A stretch of 63,504 nucleotides of DNA, filler included, from Chiloscyllium plagiosum (Eukaryota): the NCBI RefSeq assembly GCF_004010195.1. It is 3 parts of one record of this genome, joined end to end, with 100 filler letters (N's around TTAATTAATTAA, not from the genome) between each part and the next. Parts side by side here need not be neighbours in the genome. Positions count along the whole stretch, not along the records: positions 1 to 28,067 come from NC_057714.1; 2 more parts are not named here. The stretch is one strand, 5' to 3'. Below the pieces are notes generated by a model, which was not told the origin of the DNA, did no database searches, and was given only the letters and a program-made list of their open reading frames with translations. The stretch's first letter is position 1. Every line of letters starts with the position of its first letter. A program made the translations under genes and the position numbers. This document shows positions 1 through 11,953 of this stretch, piece after piece.

Positions 1-207
1 GTCTGACCTATCACCCTCACCTTGACCTCTTTCCACCTATCACATTTCCGACGCCCCTCCCCCAAGTCCCTCCTCCCTATCTTTTATCTTAGCCTGCTGG
101 ACCAACTTTCCTCATTCCTGAAGAAGGGCTAATGCCCGAAACGTCGATTCTCCTGTTCCCTGGATGCTTCCTGACCTGCTGCGCTTTTCCAGCAACACAT
201 TTCCATC
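1..207 (+). mobile_element. Penelope-like element 3' UTR and terminal repeat (family A), cut by window start
   Basis: Pyrimidine-rich UTR followed by the terminus CTGAAGAAGGGC..GCCCGAAACGTCG..CTGACCTGCTGCGCTTTTCCAGCAACAC. The same architecture lies downstream of the GIY-YIG fragments at 6461-6924 and 55745-56554. Confidence 0.8.
118..145 (+). ncRNA. Minimal hammerhead ribozyme motif (PLE family A)
   Basis: CTGAAGA-A-GGGC(TAAT)GCCC-GAAA-CGTC. Core intact, stem III palindromic (ACGT), stem I weak (about 2 bp). Confidence 0.6.
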
Positions 208-670
208 TTTAATAAGATGGACTTTATCAAGTTAGTTGGTACCCTGCTTTGATGTCACTGCTGTTTTATAAAAAGGAATTCAGAAAAGACTTGCAGGGTA
301 ATGGGCAGGGAATGGGTAAACCTGGCTCTCTTGGAAGTCAGCACTGGTCCAATAGGCTGGACAACCTCCTTTTCTGCTTGTTTAGCACTCCTTGTTCCCC
401 TGAAATGCCGCAGCAGTGTTCTGAAGGATGTTGCAGTCTGATTAACTGGCTGTTTTGAAGCACACCATTGCTGCTTCATGGTCAGAGAGTCCTGGAGTAT
501 GACTCAAACCCAGAGCCTTCCTGCTCAAAGCTAGATGGACCAATTACTCCTGAGCCACTTATGAATCTGTGAATAAATAGCTACTCTGTTAGTTTGATCT
601 CAAGATCAGATGGTTAGGAGATGGGAGGAGATGGTAAAGAAAGACTAAATGGGGCAAATACATATTGAGA

Positions 671-891
671 GAAAGTGAGGACTGCAGATGCTGGAGAGTC
701 AGAGTTGAAAAGTGTGGTGCTGGAAAAGCACAGCAGGTCAGGCAGCATCCGAGGGGCAGGAGACTCGATGTTTCGGACATAAACCCTGACACATTCATGA
801 TAAAGAGCTTATGCCCAAAATATCAACTCCCCTGCTCTTCAGATGCTATCTGACCTGATGTGCTTTTCCAGTGTCATACTTTTTGACCCAG
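671..891. mobile_element. Fold-back (inverted pair) PLE terminus, family A, degraded
   Basis: Two opposite copies of the terminus, flanked by TACATATTGAGA (659-670) and TACATTTTGAGA (892-903). Confidence 0.75.
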
Positions 892-1339
892 TACATTTTG
901 AGACTAAGCTAAGTCAAGGGTCTGTTCCTGAGGGAACAGTGAAACATTTGGTTGTGAGAATGGCAATAGGTGAATTTGGTTTTAGAATGACAAATAAAGC
1001 TCTTTTTAAAATAATTTTGCCTCATATAATGGTCACAAACCACTGCTTATTATCAACTGACAATATTAGTACAAAAATATTCTTCTGAACTCTGCATTTT
1101 CCAAACTGGTCTCCTCTCTATCCCCCAATTCTTTTGTAACCCCATTGCCATCTGTGCTTCAGCTGTCCAGACCTAATTTATTCCTGTATTTGTCCTCCTC
1201 CCTTAAGATCCTATTTAAACCCAGTACTCCTGAGTCATTCATAAATCTATGAATAAATAGCTACTCTGATTGTTTGGTCATGAGATCAGATGGTTGGAAG
1301 ATGGGAGGAAGTGGTAATCAAAGACTAAATAGGGCAGAG

Positions 1340-2650
1340 ACAGGATGTACATGTATTTGGAAAGTCAAGGACCGAATAGGGATAATCAACATGGCTTTGT
1401 GCGGGAGAAATCGTGTCTCATAAACTGAGAGTTTTTTGAGAGTTTATTGAGTTTTTTAAAGAAGTAACAAAGAGGATTGATGATGACAGAACTGTGGATG
1501 TGATCTATATGGACTTCAGTAAGATGTTCGACAAGGTTCCCCATAGGAGACTAGTTCGCAAGGTTAGATCTCATGGAATACAGGGAGAACTAGCCATTTG
1601 GATACAGAATTGGCTCAAAGGTAGAAGACAGAGGGTGGTGGTGGAGGGTTGTTTTTCAGACTGGAGGCCTGTGACCAGTGGAGTGCCACAAGGATCAGTG
1701 CTGGGTCCACTACTTTTCAACATTTATATAAATGATTTAGATGTGAGCATAAGAGGTACAGTTAGTAAGTTTTCAGGTGGCACCAAAATTGGAGTTGTAG
1801 TGGACCAAAAGAAGGTTACCTCAGATTACAATGGAATCTTGATCAGATGGGCCAATGGGCTGAGGAGTGGCAGATGAAGTTTAATTTAGATAAATGAGAC
1901 ATGCTGCATTTTGGGAAAGCAAATCTTAGCAGGACTTATACACTTAATGGTAAGGCCATGGGGAATGCAGGTTCATAGCTCCTTGAAAGTGGAATCGCAG
2001 GTAGATAGGATAGTGAAGAAGGCGTTTGGTATGCTTTCCTTTATTGGTCAGAGTATTAAGTACAGGAGTTGGGAGGTCATGTTGTGACTGTACAAGACAT
2101 TGGTTAGGCCATTTTTGGAATATTGCTTGCAAATCTAGTCTCCTTCCTATCGAAAGGATGTTGTGAAACTTGAAAGGGTTCAGAAAAGATCTACACGGAT
2201 GTTGCCAGGGTTGGAGGATTTGAGCTATAGGGAGAGGTTGTATAGGCTAGGACTGTTTTCCTTGGAGCATCAGAGGCTGAGGCGTGACCTTATAGATGTT
2301 TATAAAATCATTAGGGGCATAGATAGGATAAATAGTCTCTTCCCTTGGGTGGGGGAATCCAGAACTAGAGGGCCTAGGTTTAGGATGAGAGGGGAAAGAT
2401 ATAAAAGAGACCTAAGGAGCAACTTTTATTGCAGAGGGTGGAATGTGTACGGAATGAGCTGCCAGAGGAAGTGGTGGAGGCTGGTACAATTACAACATTT
2501 AAAAGGCATTTGGATGGGTTTATGAATAGAAAGGGTTTGGAGGGATATGGGCCCGGTGCTGGCAGGTGGGACTAGATTGGGTTGGGATATCTGGTCGGCA
2601 TGGACAGGTTGGACTGAAGCATCTGTTTCTGTGCTGTACATCTCTATAAT
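1340..2650 (+). mobile_element. CR1 (HER1-like) LINE, 5'-truncated, RT C-terminal half plus 3' UTR
   Basis: [36 protein letters not shown] and LERVQKR.TRMLPGL motifs, with frameshifts and stops. Confidence 0.95.
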
Positions 2651-3141
2651 TCCCTGCCCCTGTCTGTCTAGCTAAGCTTTTTTTTTGGCCACATTTCCTA
2701 ATATCTCTTTGGCTCAATTTCAATATTTATATCCGGCTGTGTTCTTGTGAAACACCTCAGGCCATTTCGCTATGTTAAAGGTGTGATGTTCTACCAGTTG
2801 TTCATTGGAGATGAGTGCACAAAACGTATGTTCTCTCCTAGTCTTTTCAGATAGCGGCTTTACCATCAATCAGGAAGAGAATCCTGGTGTGTCACATGTC
2901 ATGTCGATTACACTGAAATGGAATATACCCTGAAACTCAGTTCTAAGTCCAAATGAGAGGGAGAGAGAGTGCTGCTATTAGCATTTTATGACTCTGTGTT
3001 ATTTAGGCCACCTCCTCCCTCATTGTAATTTTGCGTCAACCACAACATTTCTTCATTCCAATAAATCCCTTCTTCCCTTTGCACCAGCCCATCCAAAGTG
3101 GTTATCCATTCATGTATGACTATGTTAAAATTTACCATAAA

Positions 3142-3281
3142 ATTTACCTCTTTCCTGAAGAAGGGCTTATGCCCGAAACGTTGATTTTCCTGTTCCTTGG
3201 ATGCTGCCTGACCTGCTGCGCTTTTCCAGCAACACATTTTCAGCTCTGATCTCCAGCATCTGCAGTCCTCACTTTCTCCTC
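3142..3281 (+). mobile_element. Solo PLE terminus (family A) with hammerhead motif at 3155-3182
   Basis: CTGAAGA-A-GGGC(TTAT)GCCC-GAAACGTT. 16-bp direct repeat TAAAATTTACCATAAA at 3126-3141 and 3282-3297. Confidence 0.85.
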
Positions 3282-4091
3282 TAAAATTTACCATAAACAA
3301 ACTAACATAAGCCAATTTTAAAAACTTAAACAGATTTACAAGTCCGGGTTTCTTCATTTACTTTCACTTTATGGTTGGTTAAATTTGGGCTTTTCCAACT
3401 TTGTGGTGGTGGGCTTAGATGGGAGTGGACCAAGGATATTGGGGACACTTGGCTTTTTGTTATGTTCAAATGGTTTCCAGAATGAATTCCCGTCTTCCTT
3501 GGGGGTGGCCAGAGAAATGGCTCATCAGCCAATGGAATGGAGGCAGGTCGGAAATTTCCATATTTCAGGCCCTCAATTAAGAATGATTTCATGGCTCCAT
3601 TGGCTAGAGGGTCTATAATCTGTAATTTCTGCCTATGAGGGTGCTTCCATGTAAGTTGTGATTTGAGTACATGCATGGCCCAAAGATCATGAAACAGAAT
3701 CCTTTAATCAGGTCATTACAATCATGAAGGGAAATTAAGGAATGAAGCCTGTTCTTTGCACGGGTTTAGAGGAATCCTTTGTCTGTTTGCTCCTTCTTCC
3801 CAGAAGCCCCTTTCTTTTCCAAGAGAGTGTCCATTTGACTGCTCCAGCTGGTCTCTCCCTCACCATCGCTACCTGCTGCTGGGCGTCTTAACACAAGTGA
3901 TTGAGCCCCCTGCTCAGTGCCCTCCCACTCCATATCCACCTGTTGCCATAGGTTGTGTTATAGCCACTTTGAAGCCACCAACTGATCACAGTATTACAGA
4001 ATTATTCTGGTGCTGGCACTGACTCTATGATTTAGTCCAGCTGTATTATCTAGTTGTTGTGGTTCTGTTCGCCGAGCTGGGAATTTGTGTT

Positions 4092-4131
4092 GCAGACGTT
4101 TCGTCCCCTGTCTAGGTGACATCCTCAGTGC
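4092..4131 (-). ncRNA. Minimal type I hammerhead ribozyme motif (family C, minus copy)
   Basis: Exact reverse complement of 4224-4263. Confidence 0.7.
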
Positions 4132-4223
4132 TTGGGAGCCTCCTGTGAAGCGCTTCTGTGATGTTTATGTTACTATAAATACCGGAGGAAACATCACAGA
4201 AGCGTTTCACAGGAGGCTCCCAA

Positions 4224-4263
4224 GCACTGAGGATGTCACCTAGACAGGGGACGAAACGTCTGC
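4224..4263 (+). ncRNA. Minimal type I hammerhead ribozyme motif (family C)
   Basis: GCA-CTGAGGA-T-GTC a CCT(AGAC)AGG g GAC-GAAA-C-GTC-TGC: stem I GCA/TGC, extended stem II, GUC cleavage triplet. Confidence 0.72.
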
Positions 4264-5070
4264 AACACAAATTTCCAGTTCGGTGAACAGAACCGCAACA
4301 ACGAGCACCCGAGCTACAAATCTTCTCTCAAACTTTGTATTATCTAGTGCTTCACCTAACATTTATTTTGCTTGTTGGTTATCCAGCCATTTCCTCAGTA
4401 GAGAGAAAACTCCACATTTCCACAAGTGGTTCTGGTTCCGAAGCCTTCGGGAAAGCTTTCTCTTTGTTCTCATTTTGAAATTCTCACTCTTGTGAACAAC
4501 ACTATATTTTTTCCCAAAAGGAATAGATCTGCAGAAAGATTTTGACAAATGCTTTAACTGTACATTAGGTCTGAAATGATTTCGATTCCACCCACTGCTT
4601 TGAAAGTCCGACCTGTTGATTACACACAAAGTATTCCCCGAGATGGCTTTGATGACTTATTCAAAAGAACATGTACATGCTCCAGTTGCTTATCTCACGT
4701 TGTTCCAGACATGTGTTGCTTTAGAATTCAGTTTGAAAGTGTTCTGCCTGTCTTGAGACATTGATTGATTGATTGATTTGAGGTGTTGGTGTTTTGGACT
4801 CCTTTACCTCAGGAGGATTGAGAGTTGGGCATGATGCGTGTGCACCAAGACCTTACCATAGACAATGTTTAAATGTTCAGCATCCACGGTCCCTTGCTTT
4901 TGTTTGAATTGATATCTCTATGGTACAAAAGCACTTTTTGGCTAAAGTCCAGATATTTGTCTGAGCAAGTGTAGGCTATTTCATTAGATCTCTGACTTAT
5001 GCCTTGTAGATAGTGGATAGGATTTGAGGAGTCAGGAAATGAGCTACTCACTGCAGGATACTCAGCCTCT

Positions 5071-5166
5071 GCTGAAAGTATGTTGCTGGGAAAGCACAGC
5101 AGGTCAGGCAGCATCCGATGCTGCCTGACCTGCTGTGCTTTTCCAGCAACACACTGTCAACTCTGA
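5071..5166. mobile_element. Short fold-back of the PLE family A terminus, ribozyme part missing
   Basis: Near-perfect hairpin of about 35 bp: TGTTGCTGG..GCAGCATC-C-GATGCTGC..CCAGCAACA. Confidence 0.75.
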
Positions 5167-5708
5167 TAGAACATAGAAGAATACAGCGCAGTACAGGCCC
5201 TTGGGCCCTCGATGTTGCGCCGATCCAAGCCCACCTAAACTACACTAACCCACTATCCTCCATATACCTATCCAATGCCCTCTTAAATGCCCATAAAGAG
5301 GGAGAGTCCACCACTGTTACTGGCAGGGCATTCCATGAACTAACGACTCGCTGAGTGAAGAACCTACCCCTAACATCAGTCCTATATCTACCCCCCCTTA
5401 ATTTAAAGCTATGCCCCCTTGTAATACCCGACTCAATACGCGGGAAAAGGTTCATACTGTCGACCCTATCTAACCCCCTAATCATCTTGTACACCTCAAT
5501 CAAGTCACCCCTAAACCTTCTTTTCTCTAGTGAAAACAGCCCCAAGTGCCTCAGTCTTTCCTCATACGATTTTCCTTCCATACCAGGCAACATCCTGGTA
5601 AACCTCCTCTGCACCCGTTCCAATGCCTCCACATCCTTCCTATAGTATGGCGACCAAAACTGCACACAATATTCCAGATGCGGCCGTACCAGAGTCCTAT
5701 ACAACTGC
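5167..5708 (-). mobile_element. CR1 LINE 3' end (young subfamily)
   Basis: Open 154-aa C-terminal ORF2 piece ([31 protein letters not shown]) and ATAGAAC tail. Confidence 0.95.
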
Positions 5709-5924
5709 AGACCTCACTATCTCCATACTTAGCCTCTGGCCCAGTCTTGTACCTGCAGTATTTGTATGGCTAATCCAATTCAGTTCCTGGTCAATGGTAA
5801 CCCTCTGGGATATTGATAATAAGAGATTCAGCAGTGACAATGCCATTGAATATCGAGGGGTGGTGGTTAGATTGTCTCTTGTTGGAGATGAGTATTGTCT
5901 GGTACTTGTGCAGCGTGATAGTCA

Positions 5925-7355
5925 CTTCGAGTCAGAAAGCTGTGCAGCACAGAAACAGACTGTTTGGCCCAACACATCCGTGCCAAACAGACATCCTAAA
6001 TTAATTTAGCCCCATTTGGCCCATATCTCTCTGAACCCTTCCTACTCATGTACCCATCCAGATGCCTGTTGTAATTGTACCAGTCTCCACCACTTTCTCT
6101 GGCAGTTTATTCCATACACGCACCACCCTCTGTATGAAAAAGATGTCCCTTAGGTCACTTTTAAATCTTTCCACTCTCATCTTTAGTTTTGGACTCCCCT
6201 ACCCTGGGAAAATGGTCATTGCTATTCACCCCGTCAATACCCCTCATGCATTTATAAACCTCTGTAAAGCCACCCATTAACCTTCAATGCTCCAGGGAAA
6301 ATAACCCCAGTTTATTCAGCCTCTCCCTATTGCTCAAACTCTAGCAACATCCTTGTAAATCTTTTCTGCAGTCTTTCAAGTTTCACAACATCTTTCCTAT
6401 AGCAGGGAGACCAGAATTTCGCGCTGTATTCCAGAAGTGGTCTAACCAATGTCCTGTACATTGTCAGCCATTTCAACTCCCCCTCCCAATCCTTCACCGG
6501 CCTGTCCATCCTGGACGTCCCCCACTGACAACACGAAGCCACATGCAAACTGAAGGAACAACACCTAATATTCCGTCTCGGGAGGTGACAACCCAATGGC
6601 CTCCAACATAGAGTTCACCAGCTTCAAAGTCTCCCCACCCCCAGCTTCATCCCCACCTTCCTGATCTGCCTTGCTCTGTCCACCTTCCTATTCACCCATT
6701 CACTCCATCCCTTCCATCTGACCAATCACCTGTAACCCCTTCCTGCATCCCCTATCACAATCCCACCTACCTTTCACACAGCTCCACCCTCTTCCCTCTA
6801 TTTATTCATGGGCTCTTCTCCCCCTCCCCAAACTAATTAAGGGCTTTTCGCTCAAAATGTCGACTTTCCTGCTCCTCAGATGCCATCTGTTCTGCTATGC
6901 TTTTCCAGCTCCACATTTCACCGACAATGTCCTGTACAGCTGCACCATGACATCCTAATTCCTCTACTCAATACACTGACCAATAAAGGCAAGTGTACCA
7001 AACGTCTTCTTCACCACCCTGTCTACCTGCGACTCCACCTGCAAGGAACTGTGAACCTGCACCCCAAGGTCACTTTGTTTGGCGACACTTCCCAGGATCT
7101 GACCATTAAGTGTAGAAGTCCTGCCCTGATTTACCTTACCAAAATACAATACCTCACATTTATCTAAATTAAATTCCAAGTTGCCCATCTGATCAAGATC
7201 CTGTTGTCATCTGAAGTAACCTTCTTTACTGTCCACTATATCACCAATTTTGGTATCATCTGCATACTTATGAATCATTCTTCCTTTATTCACATCCAAA
7301 TCATTTATATAAATGACAAAAAGAAGTGGAAATAACACTGATCCTTGAGGCACAC
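5925..7355 (-). mobile_element. CR1 (HER1-like) LINE fragment interrupted by a PLE
   Basis: [24 protein letters not shown] and LEY..FWSP motifs; 3' UTR near 5930. Confidence 0.9.
6461..6924 (+). mobile_element. Penelope-like element 3' fragment (GIY-YIG C-terminus, UTR, degenerate terminus)
   Basis: Translates to SHFNSPSQSFTGLSIL..KLKEQHLIFRLG..QPNG..IEF. 14-bp TSD CAATGTCCTGTACA at 6447-6460 and 6925-6938. Confidence 0.85.
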
Positions 7356-8150
7356 CGTTGCTCACATTGAATTTCGTCAGCCATTTCCTGGACCACTCTC
7401 CTAGACTGTCTAATTCTTTCTGTAGCCTCCCCACCTCCTCAGTACTACCTGCCTGTCCACCTAACTTTGTATCATCAGCAAACTTTGCCAGAATATTCCC
7501 AGTCCCTTCATCCAGATCATTAATATATAAAGTGAACAGCTGCAGCCCTGCAGGGCACTACTTGTCACTAGCTGCCACTGGGAAAGAACCTTTTATCCCA
7601 TTCTCTGCCTTCTGTCAGACAGCCAATCTTCAATCCACGCCAATTGCCCGTCTTGAACACCATGGGCCCTCACCTTACTTAGCAGCCTCCCGTGAGGCAC
7701 CTTATCAAAGGCCATTTGGAAGTCTAGATAGATAATATCAACTGGGATTCCCTGGTCTAACTTACTTGTTACCTCTTCAAAGAATTCTAACAGGTTTATC
7801 AGGCATGACCTTCCCTTATTAAATCCATGCTGACTTGTTCCAATCCAACCCTGCAATTCCAAGAATTTAGAAATCTCATCCTTAACGATGGATTCTAGAA
7901 TTTTACCAACAACCGAGGCTAGGCTAATTGGCCTATAATTTTCCATCTTTTGTCTTGATCCTTTTTTGAACAAGAGGGTTACAACAGTGATTATCCAATC
8001 ATCTGCGACTTTCACCGACTCCAGTGACTTTTGAAAGATCACAACCAAAGGCTCCACTATTTCGTCAGCCATCTCCCTCAGAACTCTAGGATGTAGTCCA
8101 TTGGGGCCAGGAGATTTATCATTTTTTAGGCCTTTTAGCTTTTCTCCCAC
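7356..8150 (-). mobile_element. CR1 LINE internal RT fragment (different subfamily)
   Basis: 185-aa ORF with KSPGPNGLHPRVLRE, NYRPISL, QHGF.KGRSCL.NL and YLDFQ.AFDKVPH. Confidence 0.92.
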
Positions 8151-8845
8151 AATGATCTAACCTTGATAACCAAACTACCATGTGGAACTTTGTTGAACTT
8201 GATATTTGTAAGACCAAGTCCCAAGTGAGATATTGACCAGAAGATTATGAAGAATTTCTCTGAAAGGGCAGATGAGATAGTATTTTAATGTCTTATTCTA
8301 AACCATGTATGTCACATGACAGAAGAGTTGTTAATTTTGTATAGTTGAATTGCCACCTTCAAAATTCACCAAATTACATTCCTTTGCTGGGGTAGAAGTG
8401 TCTTAATGAGACAAATTTGCCTTTCTTGCAAAGTTTTGTAAGATTACAAGCGATAGGACCCATTGATCATATGACCCAACGAGTAGGTCTGCTGTGTCCA
8501 CTAGACAGTCACCTAGGATGATGAGATTTGGGAATGGGGATGTTAGAAGAGGCAGCAATCATAGCACAGGCATCACAGCAAAAAGCTGAAGTCTGAGAGG
8601 TCATCTGGACTTGATTGTGAGAAGCTCCACAGTTGGAACAGAGAATGAGTGACTTAATCGAGTTCCCATTGTTGGAGTTTCCATCCCCTCTGCCAACCCA
8701 TTCCCTCACTCCCTGCGCCGACACTCCCTTGTCTTGAACTTTCAGGCTACAACAATGAGGAGGCCCAACTCTTGGCAGGCCCCACCTCTGCCCCACACAT
8801 TTGTTTAATTCATTCGCAGGGTGTCAGCAGCATCACTGGCTAGGT

Positions 8846-9057
8846 AAAAACAATGACTGCAGATGCTGGAAACCAGATTCTGGATCAGTGGTGCTGGAAG
8901 AGCACAGCAATTCAGGCAGCATCCGAGGACAGGCAAAATCAATGTTTCGGGCAAAAGCCCTTCTTCAGGAAGAAATGAAGGGCTTTTGCCCGAAACGTTG
9001 ATTTTGCCTGTCCTCGGATGCTGCCTGAATCGCTGTGCTCTTCCAGCACCACTGATC
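8846..9057. mobile_element. Fold-back PLE terminus (family A variant); hammerhead motif on minus strand at 8941-8968
   Basis: Arms of about 85 bp, nearly identical and inverted. 18-bp TSD CAGCATCACTGGCTAGGT at 8828-8845 and 9058-9075. Confidence 0.85.
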
Positions 9058-9468
9058 CAGCATCACTGGCTAGGTCAGCACTAATCTTCCCGCCCCAGTT
9101 GCTCAGATGGCAATTGAGAGTCAACTGCATTGCTGTGAGTCAGACATAGTCCCGAACAGGTAAGAAAAGAAGACCACCAGAAATAGGAACAGGAGTAGGC
9201 TATTTGGCTCCCAAGCCTAGTCCACTATTTAATTAAGGATCACAGCTGATCTGACATTCCTCACACCCACATTCCTCTCTGTTCCCCATAACCCATAGCA
9301 AAAGGATGAATTTTGATGAAATTTTGAAGTGTCAATTCCCTACTGATCAAGAATCTATCTATCTCAATCTTAATATAACGACTTTCAAAAGACTCACAAA
9401 CCTCTGAGAGCAGAAATTCATCCCCATCTCAGATTTAAAAGCCCATTTATTTTGAGACTCTGCCCTTT

Positions 9469-9788
9469 GGGTGGGCATGGTGGCTCAGTGGTTAGCACTG
9501 CTGCCTCATAGCACCAGGGTCCCAGTTTGATTCCAGCCTCGGGCAACTGTCCGTGTGGAGTTCACACATTCTCTCTGTGTCTGCATGGGTTTCCTCCGGG
9601 TACTCCGGTTTCCTCCCCCAGTCACAAAGATATGCAGGCTAGGTGAATTGACTATGTTAAATTGCCCCGAGTGTTAGGTGCATCAGTCAGAGGGAAGTGG
9701 GTCTGAGTGGGTTGCTCTTCGGAGAGTCGGTGTGGACTTGTTGGGTCGAAGAGCCTGTTTCCACACTGTAGGGAATCTAATCTAATCT
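9469..9788 (+). mobile_element. HE1-type tRNA-derived SINE
   Basis: A box TGGCTCAGTGG, B-box-like region, core GTGTGGAGTT..GGGTTTCCTCCGGG, (AATCT)n tail, CTTTGG direct repeats. Confidence 0.9.
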
Positions 9789-9946
9789 TTGGTCCTACAG
9801 TCTCCCTTGAGTGGAAACATCCTCCAGCATTTGCCCTGTCAAGCCCCTTAAGAATCCTCGATAGGTTTCAATGCGATTGCCTTTTAATCTTCGAAACTCC
9901 AATGAATGGAATCGCAACATGCTTAGCCTTTGCTCATAAGACAATC

Positions 9947-10046
9947 CGGGTTGAAACTTTATTGCTGGAACAGCACAGCAGGTCAGGCAGCATCCAGGGA
10001 ACAGGAGATTCGACGTTTCAGGCACAGGCCCTTCTTCAGGAATGAG
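9947..10046 (-). mobile_element. PLE family A terminus
   Basis: Reverse complement of CTGAAGAAGGGC..GCCTGAAACGTCG..CTGACCTGCTGTGC. Confidence 0.75.
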
Positions 10047-10720
10047 AAGAAACTAGAATAGGACGCAGCCAGGACAACCAATCAGCTCAGGCATTGCGTA
10101 AGACAGCCCTGAACTTATCGCCAACAAGAAAAAAAACTTTATAAAACTGCACCCTGAATCTTCTGGAAACCCAAACATTTCATAATTCCATTCATTCAAA
10201 GATCTACAAGAATCTATTCCAAAACTTTCTCCTCATAAGACAATCCCTCCATACCAGGGATCACATAATGAACCTTCTCTGAACTGCCTCCAGTGAAATG
10301 ATATCTTTAGGGTCGTAGAGTCACAGAGATGTACAGCATGGAAACAGAGCACTTGGTCCAACTCGTTCAGGCTGACTAATCTAGTCTCACCTGCCAGCAG
10401 TTACCCCACATCTCTCTAAACCCTTCCTATTCATATACCCATCCAGATGCTTTTTAAATGTTGCAATTGTACCAGCCTCCACAACTTCCTCTGGTAGCTC
10501 ATTCCATACATGCATCATATTCTCTGTGAAAAAGTTGCCCCTTAGGTCCCTTTCAAATCTTTCTCCTCTTACCCTAAACTTATGCCCTCTAATTCTGGAC
10601 TCCCCCAACTCAAGGAAAAGACCTTGTCTACTTATCCTATCCATGCCCTTCATGATTTTATAAACCTCTACAAGGTCACCCGTCAGCCTCCGACATTCCT
10701 GGAAAAACAATCCCAATCTA

Positions 10721-11116
10721 TTCAGAGAAAATGCTGGAAAATCTCAGCAGTAGTGGCAGCATCTGTATTCAAAGGGTCAGTTAGACTCGAAGCGTCAGCT
10801 GTTTTCTCTCCTTACAGATGCTGCCAGAGCTGCTGAGATTTTCCAAAATTTTCTTCTTTTGGTTTCAGATTCCAGCATCTGCAGTAATTTGCTTTTATCC
10901 AGGTGTTTAACCCACTGCCACCTCTCTTCCAGGAATGCCTACCCTCTTCTCTCTGACAGGCCTTTCGTTTGTCTCTTTCCCCCTGTCCACCTCCACTGCT
11001 TTTCTTTTCTCTCTCAGCTTTGACAAAGGGTCGGTTGGACTCAAAACGTCAGCTCTTTTCTCTCCTTCCAGATGCTGCCAGACCTGCTGAGATTTTCCAG
11101 CATTTTCTCTTTTGGT
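10721..11116 (+). mobile_element. PLE-type insertion (family D): short inverted piece plus two tandem termini
   Basis: Two direct copies of GGGTC..GACTC(G/A)AA.CGTCAGCT..GATGCTGCCAGA..CTGCTGAGATTTTCC. 10-bp TSD TCCCAATCTA at 10711-10720 and 11117-11126. Confidence 0.75.
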
Positions 11117-11643
11117 TCCCAATCTAGTCGGCCCCTCCCTATAGCTTAAGTCCTCTAATCCTGGCAAAATCCTTGTAAATCTTTTCTGAATCCTTTCAAG
11201 TTTCACAACATCCCTCCTATAGGAGGGAGACCAGAATTGCATCCAATATTCCAAAAGTGGCCTAACCAATGTCCTGTAGAGCTACAACATGACCTCCCAA
11301 CTCCTGTACTCAATGCTATGACCAATAAAGGAAACCTTATCAAATGCATTCTTTACTATCCTATCTACCTGAGACTCCACTTTCAAGGAACTATGAACCT
11401 GCACTCCAAAATCTCCTTGTTCAGCAACACTCCCCATGACCTTCCCATTAATTATTTAAGTCCTGCCCTGATTTGTCTTTCCAAAATACAGCACCTCACA
11501 TTTATCTAAATTAACCTCCATCTACCACTCTTCAGCCCATTGGCCGATCTGATCAAAATCCTGTTACACTCTGAAGTAACCTTCTTTTTGTCCACTGCAA
11601 CTCCAATTTTGGTGCCATTTGCAAACTTACTAACTAGAATATT

Positions 11644-11953
11644 GGAGCGGCACAGTGGCTAGCACTGTTGCCTCACAACACCAGAGACCTGGGTTCAATT
11701 CCCGCCTCAGACAACAGTCTGTGTGGAGTTTGTACATTCTCCCCGTGTTTGCGTGGGTTTCCTCCGGATGCTCTGGTTTCCTCCCACAGTCCAAAGATGT
11801 GCGGGTTAGGTGAATTGGCCATGCTAAATTGCCCATACTGTTAGATGAAGTGGTAAATTTAAGGAAATGGGTCTGGATGGGTTGCTCCTCAGAGGGTCAG
11901 TGTGGTCTTGTTGGGCTGAAGGCCTGTTTCGACACTGTAAGTAATCTAATCTA
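11644..11953 (+). mobile_element. HE1-type SINE
   Basis: tRNA-like head with GGTTCAATTCCC B box, conserved core, AATCT tail. Confidence 0.9.

Larger units (their letters stand above)
4055..4335. mobile_element. Fold-back PLE-type terminus (family C) with two opposite hammerhead motifs
   Basis: Arms about 4055-4166 and 4189-4302 are reverse complements. 13-bp TSD TGTATTATCTAGT at 4042-4054 and 4336-4348. Confidence 0.85.

Noticed and set aside
8846..9057. Hairpins as pre-miRNAs or MITEs
   Set aside because: The arms are PLE termini with variable breakpoints and long, variable TSDs. The sequence gives no evidence for miRNA processing or a DNA-transposon origin.
9469..9545. tRNA-like A/B boxes here and at other HE1 heads
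   Set aside because: These are SINE heads continuing into SINE core and tail, not tRNA genes.
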